Origin: Sulfurovum sp.
GTDB taxonomy: Bacteria; Campylobacterota; Campylobacteria; Campylobacterales; Sulfurovaceae
Length of the DNA stretch: 64,000 nucleotides
Reading direction: 5' to 3'
Assembly: GCA_028684885.1 (NCBI GenBank)
Contig: JAQUFB010000001.1
Span: 14,554-78,553 of the forward strand
A program made the position numbers and the translations under genes. This document shows, in pieces, positions 56,184 to 64,000 of the stretch. The stretch's first letter is position 1. Every line of letters starts with the position of its first letter. The notes under the pieces were generated by a model that searched no databases, had not been told where the DNA came from, and saw only the letters and a program-made list of their open reading frames with translations.

Positions 56184-59012
56184 ATGTCAAGCATAAAAAA
56201 AGATACGATACAGGTTTTTGGAGCAAAAGAGAACAATCTCAAAAATATCGATTTGGAAATTCCAAAAAACAAACTGGTTGTTTTTACGGGGATTTCCGGT
56301 TCGGGAAAGTCAACACTGGCATTCTCTACGCTCTATGCGGAAGGACAGCGTCGCTATATCGAATCTCTCTCTTCCTATGCCAGACAATTTCTCGGCCGTG
56401 TAGGAAAACCGGATGTGGATAAGATCGAGGGGCTTACGCCTGCGATCGCGATCGACCAGAAGACTACGTCAAAAAACCCGCGTTCTACCGTAGGGACGAT
56501 TACCGAGATCTATGATTATCTCAGGCTGCTTTTTGCCAGAGTCGGGAAACAATACTGCCACGAGTGCGGCAAGCCGATCTCTTCAATGTCGGCAAGCGAT
56601 ATCATCGAAGAGGTACTCAGACTTCCGGATGGTGCGAAACTGGTCATTATGGCACCGCTGGTCAAAGAGAAAAAGGGTACCTTTGCCGATATGGTCGAAT
56701 CGCTCCGCCACAAGGGGTATGTACGTGCCATGATCGATGGAGTGATGGTAAGGCTTGACGATGAGATCGAACTTTCCAAGACAAAAAAACATACGATCAA
56801 AGTGGTGATCGACAGGGTTGTTGTCAAAGAGGAGAGCAGGGACCGTATCGGTCAGGATGTGGAAAAGGCGCTCAAAGAGAGTTTTGGTGAGGTAGAGATC
56901 GAGGTATTGAACCATGAAGAGATAGGATTTGACCGTCAGCATATGCACTACTCCGAACATCTGGCCTGCTTTGACTGTAAACTCAGCTTTGAACCGCTGG
57001 AGCCTGTGAGCTTCTCCTTCAACTCGCCCAAAGGTGCATGTCCGGCATGTGACGGACTGGGAATCCGTTATGCCATCGATCTGAAAAAAGTGATCGATCC
57101 GGATCTCAGTATCGATAAGGGTGCAGTGAAGATCATGTACGGGTTTAACAAAAGCTACTATACGAAATTCCTTAACGCTTTTTGTGAACAGAATGAGATC
57201 GATATCACCGTGCCCTACAGCGCACTTGCAGAACACCAGCAAAAAGCGATCCTGTACGGGATAGGCGGTACGGTGGATTTCACCTGGAAACGCCATCATC
57301 TGAAGCGCGAATGGCCGGGTGTCGTGAAGTTTGCCCATGAGATGTTCAAAGAGGAAAAAGATCTCAACGAGTATATGACAGAGAAGGTGTGTGACAAGTG
57401 TCAGGGCTACAGACTCCGTCCGCGTTCACTCGCAGTAAAGATCGAAGGGAAAAATATCGCAGATATTGTCGATATGCCGATCGAAAAATCCTATGCCTAC
57501 TTTGCGGATGAAAAGAGCTTTTCGCATCTGAATGATCAACAGCGGCTCATCGCCGATTCGATCCTGAAAGAGCTCTATGAGAGGCTTTTCTTTCTCTACG
57601 ATGTAGGACTGGGCTACCTTACGCTTAGCCGCGATGCGCGTACAATATCCGGAGGTGAAGCACAGCGTATCCGTATCGCTTCCCAGATCGGATCCGGACT
57701 GACCGGGGTGATGTATGTACTGGATGAGCCGAGTATCGGACTGCATGAACGTGATACGATGAAGCTGATCAGGACACTGGTCTCACTGCGTGATAAAGGC
57801 AACAGCGTGATCGTCGTCGAGCATGACAAAGAGACGATCGCAGCAGCTGACCATATCGTTGATATCGGTCCGGGTGCAGGTGAGTTTGGCGGCCAGGTGG
57901 TCTTCTCGGGTACTACCAACGCACTGAAGAGAGCAAAAACGCTTACTGCAGATTATATGTTCGGACGTAAGGATGTCTCCTATCCGCATGACAAACCTCA
58001 GGAGAAGTGGATAGAGATAAAAAACGTGACGCTGAACAATATCCATGATCTCAGCGCCAAAATACCGCTCCATAATTTCGTCTGTATCACAGGGGTAAGC
58101 GGAAGCGGAAAGAGTTCATTGATCCTGCAGACGCTGCTTCCTGTTGCCAGAGAGCTTCTCAATCATGCCAAAAAGGTCAACAAAGTCGACGGGGTGGAGA
58201 TCAACGGTTTGGATGCTTTGGATAAAGTGATCTATCTTGACCAGAGTCCCATCGGTCGTACGCCACGTTCCAACCCCGCGACCTATACGGGTGTGATGGA
58301 TGAGATACGTAAACTCTTTGCCCAAACAAAAGAGGCGGAGCTGAGAGGGTACAAAGTAGGGCGTTTCTCATTCAATGTCAAGGGCGGACGCTGCGAAAAG
58401 TGCCAGGGTGAGGGGCAGATCAAGATCGAGATGCACTTCCTGCCTGATGTGATGGTGAAGTGTGATGCCTGCAACGGTACACGCTACAATGCACAGACAC
58501 TGGAGGTGCACTATAAAGGAAAGTCGATCGCCGATGTACTTGCGATGAGCGTGGCTGAAGCGCTGGAGTTCTTCAAGGCGATACCTTCAATCGCTGTCAA
58601 GCTCAAAACACTGCAGGATGTAGGGCTTGACTATATCACGCTCGGACAGAATGCCACGACCCTTTCAGGGGGAGAGGCTCAGCGTATCAAGCTGAGCAAG
58701 GAGCTAAGCCGGAAAGATACAGGGAATACACTCTATGTCCTGGATGAGCCGACAACCGGCCTGCACTTTGCAGATGTCGACAGGTTGACAGGAGTACTGC
58801 ACCATCTGGTAGATCTTGGAAATTCTGTCGTGGTGATTGAACACAATCTCGATATGATCAAAAATGCTGACTATATCATCGATATGGGGCCTGAAGGGGG
58901 GAATAAAGGCGGGCTGATCATCGCAGAGGGGACACCTGAACAACTGGCGCAAGAGTATGAAAAGACAGGCAGCTATACGGGAGAATACCTGAAAAAAGAG
59001 CTGGGGATATAA
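56184..59012 (+). CDS. uvrA: Excinuclease ABC subunit A
   Basis: Two ABC modules ([27 protein letters not shown]) with zinc fingers. Confidence 0.97.
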   Translation: MSSIKKDTIQVFGAKENNLKNIDLEIPKNKLVVFTGISGSGKSTLAFSTLYAEGQRRYIESLSSYARQFLGRVGKPDVDKIEGLTPAIAIDQKTTSKNPRSTVGTITEIYDYLRLLFARVGKQYCHECGKPISSMSASDIIEEVLRLPDGAKLVIMAPLVKEKKGTFADMVESLRHKGYVRAMIDGVMVRLDDEIELSKTKKHTIKVVIDRVVVKEESRDRIGQDVEKALKESFGEVEIEVLNHEEIGFDRQHMHYSEHLACFDCKLSFEPLEPVSFSFNSPKGACPACDGLGIRYAIDLKKVIDPDLSIDKGAVKIMYGFNKSYYTKFLNAFCEQNEIDITVPYSALAEHQQKAILYGIGGTVDFTWKRHHLKREWPGVVKFAHEMFKEEKDLNEYMTEKVCDKCQGYRLRPRSLAVKIEGKNIADIVDMPIEKSYAYFADEKSFSHLNDQQRLIADSILKELYERLFFLYDVGLGYLTLSRDARTISGGEAQRIRIASQIGSGLTGVMYVLDEPSIGLHERDTMKLIRTLVSLRDKGNSVIVVEHDKETIAAADHIVDIGPGAGEFGGQVVFSGTTNALKRAKTLTADYMFGRKDVSYPHDKPQEKWIEIKNVTLNNIHDLSAKIPLHNFVCITGVSGSGKSSLILQTLLPVARELLNHAKKVNKVDGVEINGLDALDKVIYLDQSPIGRTPRSNPATYTGVMDEIRKLFAQTKEAELRGYKVGRFSFNVKGGRCEKCQGEGQIKIEMHFLPDVMVKCDACNGTRYNAQTLEVHYKGKSIADVLAMSVAEALEFFKAIPSIAVKLKTLQDVGLDYITLGQNATTLSGGEAQRIKLSKELSRKDTGNTLYVLDEPTTGLHFADVDRLTGVLHHLVDLGNSVVVIEHNLDMIKNADYIIDMGPEGGNKGGLIIAEGTPEQLAQEYEKTGSYTGEYLKKELGI

Positions 59013-59042
59013 CCCCTTCTTCTGGTATAAAGCGGGAACGTT

Positions 59043-59438
59043 TTATACCGGTCTTTTAAAGTTTTTCTTGGCACCCGGCTTGTTTCTGATGCTGAAGGTG
59101 ATGGCCATTTTGACAATATAGAGCAGTGTCAATGCCGCGAGAATCTCATACCCGATCGCCCATGTCATGAAAAACGAAGACTTCTGGATAAGGGTTAAAA
59201 ATGTTTCATACTTGCTTGTTGCCACATAGACAAAGAGAAACAAAAGCCCTGCAATGTACGGGAGAGAGACAAAATAGATGAGAAGAAAGAGCTTTTCAAA
59301 CCCGGGAGGAAAGAAAAGAGGCGTATCTTCGTACTTGATCTCCTGTTTGCCGAAACTGTTGTTCTTTGACTGAAACTTCTTTTTCTCATGAGGTTTGATG
59401 TTGATACTGTCATTTTGATCGTTAAGCAGACCAGCCAT
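59043..59438 (-). CDS. Hypothetical membrane protein
   Basis: 131 aa with two TM helices. Confidence 0.7.
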   Translation of the reverse strand: MAGLLNDQNDSINIKPHEKKKFQSKNNSFGKQEIKYEDTPLFFPPGFEKLFLLIYFVSLPYIAGLLFLFVYVATSKYETFLTLIQKSSFFMTWAIGYEILAALTLLYIVKMAITFSIRNKPGAKKNFKRPV

Positions 59439-59628
59439 TGTTTGTCCTCATTGCAAATTGGGGTATATTATAGACGGCTCTTCCTTAAAGTGATTAACGC
59501 TGTAGCATCTGATGATTTTCCTGTGAGGTGCATTTTACGGGTTCCCCAAGATTTCTTCGGCATTATCCGTAACTATTTTTCTTTCATTGCAATTGTCGAT
59601 ATAATACACAAAAAGTTGAAGGTTCATT

Positions 59629-62322
59629 TTGAAAACTATTACGATCATAGATACATTCGGATTCTTTTTTCGTTCCTACTTCGCGCTCCCTCCGCTCCGT
59701 AACTCCGAGGGATTCCCTACCGGACTCCTGACCGGGTTTGTCAATTTTGTCGATTCGCTGCATAAAGATCACAATACCGATTATCTGGTCTTTGCACTCG
59801 ACAGCAAGGGAAAAACCTTTCGCAATGATGTCTATGAGGAGTATAAAGCACACCGTGAAGCTCCGCCCGAAGATCTGGTCAAACAGCTTCCCATTGCCAT
59901 TGAATGGGTTGAAAAGATGGGGTTTGCCAACCTCTCCAAAGAGGGATACGAAGCCGATGATGTGATCGCTACGGTGACCAGGATCGCCAAGGAGAAGGGG
60001 ATAAAGGTGCGTATCGTCTCCCATGACAAAGATCTCTACCAGCTAATCGATGACGGTATAGTCGTCATGTATGACTCGGTCAAAAAAAGGGAAGTCGATG
60101 AGGCGGCATGCGTGGAGAAATTCGGTGTCAGACCCAAAGACTTTATCAATTTCCAGGCGATATTAGGGGACAGTTCGGACAATGTACCCGGAGTCAAGGG
60201 GATAGGGCAGAAGGGGGCGAGCAAACTGATCAATGAATACGGTACGCTTGAAGCAATCTACGAGGACCTGGAGAACTGCGGAACTCCGCGTATCCAAAAG
60301 CTTCTTACCGAAAGCAGGGAGAGTGCTTTCCTCTCCCGTGATTTGGTGACGATGCGTGATGATATCTATGAGACGCTGGAGCTGGAGAATTTCCTCTTTG
60401 AAGACAAAAATTACCTGAGCTGCCTGCTGGACGAGTTTCAAAAATATGAGATGAACCAGGCGATCAAAAAGGCGCGTGTAGGCGAACCGGCAACCTGTGA
60501 GGTCAAAGAGGTCCCCAAAGAGGCCAGGCATGTACTTGGTTTTGAAGCGGTGACCCTTGATACAAAAGAGAAGCTTTTTGAAGCGATCGAGCGTGTCGGT
60601 GAAGAGAGTGTTGTCTCCTTTGATACGGAGACAACAGGGCTGGACACCAAAACCGACAGAATGGTCGGCTTCAGTTTTTCCTATGATGATACAACGGCCT
60701 ATTATGTACCGATCGCACATAATTATCTGGGCGTAGAGGCACAGGTCGATGAAGCTGATGCGGTTGAGGCATTGAAAAAACTGATGAAGCATAAGATCGT
60801 CGGTCAAAATCTGAAATTTGACTTCTCTCTGCTCTACCACCAGTATGGTTTTGAAGAGATGGTGCCTTATGCGGATACGATGATCATGGCATGGCTGAAC
60901 GATCCGGGAACCAAGGTAGGGCTTGATGCATTGGCGGAAAAGATTTTCAAGTATGAGATGAAAACCTTCAAAGAGGCAGTCAAGAAGGGGGAAGATTTTT
61001 CTTCAGTGGCGATAGAGGAGGCAACCTTTTATGCCGCAGAAGATGCGTGGATGACCAGGCTCCTTTACTTTGCCCTCAAAAAGAAAATGGAGCTCGCATC
61101 CCTCACACCGCTGCTCAAAGAGGCAAAAGAGGTCGAATATCCCTTTATCAATGTACTGATCAGGATGGAACGTCTCGGGATCAGGGTGGACCAGGAGCAC
61201 CTGAAAAGACTTCAGAAAGATCTGAGCAGCGGACTTGCCAATCTCACCGAAGAGATCTATGCCTTGACAGATAGCGAATTTAACATCAAATCAACGAAAC
61301 AGCTGGGTGAGATACTCTTTGCAAAGCTTGGACTGAAAGGCGGGAAGAGGACCAAGACAGGCTACTCCACCAACGAAGCAGTCCTTCAGTCGCTGATCGA
61401 TGAGCATGAAGTGATCGGAAAGATTCTGGAGTACCGTGAGAACCAGAAGATGCTCTCTACCTATGTCGATCCGTTGTTAAAACTTGCCAAAGAGGATCCC
61501 GAGAGCCGTATCTATACCTCGTTCATCCAGACAGGAACGGCTACGGGACGGTTAAGTTCAAAAGAGCCGAACCTGCAAAACATCCCTGTGCGTTCAGAAC
61601 TTGGGCGCTCTGTGAGGGAGGCGTTTGTTGCCAAAAAGGGGTATAAGCTGGTGAGCATCGACTATTCGCAGATAGAACTCCGTCTTTTGGCACACTTCTC
61701 AGGGGATAAAGCACTGGTAGAAGCTTTCAAGAATGGCGAAGATATCCACCTGGCAACGGCTGTCAAACTCTTTGGAGAAGAGGATGCCAAAGCGAAGAGA
61801 CACTTTGCCAAAGCGGTGAACTTCGGCCTGCTTTACGGAATGGGGCCCAAAAAGCTCTCAGAGGATACCGGTGTTACGATGAGTGAAGCCAGAGAGGTGA
61901 TCAAAAATTATTTTGCTACCTTTCCTACCGTAAAAAGTTTTATAGAGGGGATTCAGGAGCGTGTAAAAATCGACGGCTATGTCGAGACGATCCTGAAGCG
62001 CAGACGTATTTTTGATTATGAAAATGCCAACGGGATGCAGAAAGCCGGCATGTTACGAGAATCGGTCAATACGGTATTTCAGGGAAGCGCAGCCGACCTG
62101 ATCAAGCTATCGATGCTTGAGATCGACACGATGATCAAAGAAGAAGAACTGGATGCATATATGCTGCTTCAGATTCACGATGAACTGATCTTTGAGGTGA
62201 AAGAGGAGAAGGTCGATGAGATCGTCAAACGTTTTGTTCATACGATGGAGAGTGTCCTGGAACTGAATGTACCGCTTGTCTGTTCTGCTTCGATCGGTGA
62301 CAGTTGGGGTGAGCTAAAGTAG
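59629..62322 (+). CDS. polA: DNA polymerase I
   Basis: 5' nuclease EADD and GDSSDNVPG; 3'-5' exo FDTET; DYSQIELR, KAVNFG, QIHDEL. Confidence 0.97.
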   Translation: MKTITIIDTFGFFFRSYFALPPLRNSEGFPTGLLTGFVNFVDSLHKDHNTDYLVFALDSKGKTFRNDVYEEYKAHREAPPEDLVKQLPIAIEWVEKMGFANLSKEGYEADDVIATVTRIAKEKGIKVRIVSHDKDLYQLIDDGIVVMYDSVKKREVDEAACVEKFGVRPKDFINFQAILGDSSDNVPGVKGIGQKGASKLINEYGTLEAIYEDLENCGTPRIQKLLTESRESAFLSRDLVTMRDDIYETLELENFLFEDKNYLSCLLDEFQKYEMNQAIKKARVGEPATCEVKEVPKEARHVLGFEAVTLDTKEKLFEAIERVGEESVVSFDTETTGLDTKTDRMVGFSFSYDDTTAYYVPIAHNYLGVEAQVDEADAVEALKKLMKHKIVGQNLKFDFSLLYHQYGFEEMVPYADTMIMAWLNDPGTKVGLDALAEKIFKYEMKTFKEAVKKGEDFSSVAIEEATFYAAEDAWMTRLLYFALKKKMELASLTPLLKEAKEVEYPFINVLIRMERLGIRVDQEHLKRLQKDLSSGLANLTEEIYALTDSEFNIKSTKQLGEILFAKLGLKGGKRTKTGYSTNEAVLQSLIDEHEVIGKILEYRENQKMLSTYVDPLLKLAKEDPESRIYTSFIQTGTATGRLSSKEPNLQNIPVRSELGRSVREAFVAKKGYKLVSIDYSQIELRLLAHFSGDKALVEAFKNGEDIHLATAVKLFGEEDAKAKRHFAKAVNFGLLYGMGPKKLSEDTGVTMSEAREVIKNYFATFPTVKSFIEGIQERVKIDGYVETILKRRRIFDYENANGMQKAGMLRESVNTVFQGSAADLIKLSMLEIDTMIKEEELDAYMLLQIHDELIFEVKEEKVDEIVKRFVHTMESVLELNVPLVCSASIGDSWGELK

Positions 62323-62333
62323 GACTACTTTAG
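62314..62333. terminator. Possible bidirectional terminator between polA and the MORN gene
   Basis: CTAAAGTAG-ga-CTACTTTAG inverted repeat between convergent genes. Confidence 0.5.
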
Positions 62334-62338
62334 GCTCT

Positions 62339-62953
62339 TTAGCGTACCCGCTCTTCTTCAGGGGCATCTTCAGGCATAAGACCGTACTTCGATAGGTCGA
62401 TCATGATCTCTTTGCGTTTCTCTTTGAGGAGTTTCTGCATCACAGGGTTTCTATCCATCTTGTACTCTTCTGTTCTGATCACGTTGCCTTTAGAGTCAAA
62501 ATACTTTTTTATCCCGACTTTATAATTGTTTTTATAAAAGACTTCAGAGGACTTGTATCCTTCTTGATCCCACTCAGTCATCACTCCTTCCCGTTTCCCC
62601 ATCACATAGTTGACTTCAGAGCCAAGCTGTCCGTTGTCATAAAACATCTGCTGCAGACCGTGTTTCTGTCCATCGACAAAATCAACGATCAGTTTTTTAT
62701 TGCCGTTGTCATAGTAGGAGATATAGGTACCGTTCTCTTTCCCGTCTTTGAAGTTGACGGATGATTTTACTTTTCCTTTGTCATCGTACCAGTAGGTCAT
62801 ACCGTTGCGTTTGCAGTTTTCATAGCTTGATTTCTGGGTACTATCTTCGACAACATATTTTCCCGGATCAGCACATAGGTATTGATCACCTTGGGCAACA
62901 CTCTGTTGTACAGATAGAGTAAAAATCAGCAATGGATAATAAAAGTATTTCAT
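62339..62953 (-). CDS. Exported MORN-variant repeat protein (YwqK-like)
   Basis: Signal peptide; repeated G.(Y/W)YDNG...F.DG units. Confidence 0.8.
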   Translation of the reverse strand: MKYFYYPLLIFTLSVQQSVAQGDQYLCADPGKYVVEDSTQKSSYENCKRNGMTYWYDDKGKVKSSVNFKDGKENGTYISYYDNGNKKLIVDFVDGQKHGLQQMFYDNGQLGSEVNYVMGKREGVMTEWDQEGYKSSEVFYKNNYKVGIKKYFDSKGNVIRTEEYKMDRNPVMQKLLKEKRKEIMIDLSKYGLMPEDAPEEERVR

Positions 62954-63065
62954 TTTCTTTTCCTTTGGTATAAAATTTTCAAATTATATCATCTTTGATA
63001 TAGGTGTTTTAATAGAAGTTTGAAAGTATGATAGTCTCAATATACATGGGAAAATGTAGGTTAGA

Positions 63066-63088
63066 TATCCCCGGAAAATCCGGGGATA
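63066..63088 (-). terminator. Hairpin downstream of the cytochrome gene
   Basis: TATCCCCGGA-aaa-TCCGGGGATA. Confidence 0.65.
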
Positions 63089-63093
63089 GTGTC

Positions 63094-64000
63094 TTACTTC
63101 CAGCTATCTTTGACGATTTGACTGGATTTTTTATATGGGTATTTTTCCACAAGCTCTTTGACTGAAAGTTTTTGATCACCTTCTCTCATAAAGTGTGCAA
63201 GTGTTACGGATGCCCAGTAGTCATTTTCATATGCTGTACCTTTCAGTTGTGACGGTACACCGTTTTTATTTACCGTGTGACATGCCGCACATGTGACAGG
63301 ACCTGTATACTTGCCATCCGGTGAGTATTGAAGTGCCTGCTCATGTGTTGTAATATCCACTGATCTTTCGCCGTCATATCTTGTAGAGTAGAGTCCGTGT
63401 GTAGACTCGTGGCAGGATTGACATGCGATATTGCCGTGTGCTTTGGAGTATCTGTAGAGTGAATACTTGTTCGGTTGGTCGATCGGGAAGTATTTTCCTC
63501 CTGTATGTTGCTCTACGAACGGTGCTGCGTGACAGTCTGCACAGTGGGGTTCACCTGCTGAGAGCCACCAGTCATCACCACCTGAAGCTGCATTATACGG
63601 TACTTCTCCGCCTGTAGGATGGTTCCATGGTTTCAGGTCAAGGTTACCGTCTTTGCCGACATTCTTGACAAGTGTTGCCGACTTGTGCTCGCTGTAGTAT
63701 TTGAGTACTTCATTGTCACCGGTTGATTTAGGGTCTGCAATCGCAGCGAACTTTTTCATATCGCCGCCTGCCACTTCTTTGACGATCTCTTTAAGCGATT
63801 TGTTTCTCAGTGTTTTACCTGTCTGTGTGCTATCATGTGTGATATCATCATAGGCATACATCTTGTGCGCCACTTTTGTGTGACAGTTCGTACAGTAGAG
63901 ACCTCTTAGCTCACCTGTAGTTTTGCCGTGTTCATCTTTCATAGCAACATTTTCAAGCTGCCATTTACCGTAAGCATTGAGGAAGAATGGCGGTTTTGCA
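63094..64000 (-). CDS. Multiheme c-type cytochrome, C-terminal part
   Basis: CTNCH, CADCH, CQSCH and CAACH heme motifs; gene continues beyond the window. Confidence 0.88.
   Translation of the reverse strand, partial: AKPPFFLNAYGKWQLENVAMKDEHGKTTGELRGLYCTNCHTKVAHKMYAYDDITHDSTQTGKTLRNKSLKEIVKEVAGGDMKKFAAIADPKSTGDNEVLKYYSEHKSATLVKNVGKDGNLDLKPWNHPTGGEVPYNAASGGDDWWLSAGEPHCADCHAAPFVEQHTGGKYFPIDQPNKYSLYRYSKAHGNIACQSCHESTHGLYSTRYDGERSVDITTHEQALQYSPDGKYTGPVTCAACHTVNKNGVPSQLKGTAYENDYWASVTLAHFMREGDQKLSVKELVEKYPYKKSSQIVKDSWK

Noticed and set aside
59490-59575. Possible riboswitch upstream of polA or the 59438 gene (TTACGG...CCGTAA, GCATCT...AGGTGC)
   Set aside because: Short stems only; no known riboswitch consensus recognised
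62339-62953. YwqK-like protein as a toxin-antitoxin component
   Set aside because: Exported MORN-repeat protein with no adjacent toxin gene

Overview
Chromosomal window from an epsilonproteobacterium (Campylobacterota, Sulfurovum-like, judged from gene content and protein styles). Layout: (1) 1-3.0 kb, the AT-rich tail of a Wadjet anti-plasmid locus (jetC-jetD). (2) 3.2-14.0 kb, housekeeping and metabolic genes, including mqo and an operon of acyl-CoA synthetase, an unknown protein and a GaaA-like reductase. (3) 14.0-26.5 kb, an AT-rich, decaying genomic island bracketed by a duplicated 3' end of the reductase gene. It carries an ssb remnant, a frameshifted HelD/UvrD helicase, a retron-type reverse transcriptase with a candidate msr-msd RNA, a WYL regulator, an IS30 remnant and ardA. 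(4) An AbiEi/AbiEii module flanked by REP-like hairpins. (5) A proline cluster (putA, proB, proC, ppnP, proA) with a MerR/HspR-like regulator and a candidate anti-Shine-Dalgarno sRNA. (6) A lactone oxidoreductase, two orphan histidine kinases, and a cluster of an M20 peptidase, two ATP-grasp ligases and an M14 peptidase. (7) Core genes rlmH, dksA, dusB, uvrA, polA and a partial multiheme cytochrome c. The strongest unexplained signal is four island promoters sharing the exact architecture GACA-N5-TGTC-N12-TATA(A/C)T, the same spacing as mycobacterial PafBC promoters. One sits on the retron RT stop codon in front of the WYL gene, which suggests a WYL regulon possibly coupled to an effector-less retron. 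No tRNA, rRNA or CRISPR array was recognised. All calls come from reading motifs by eye; no database searches were run.
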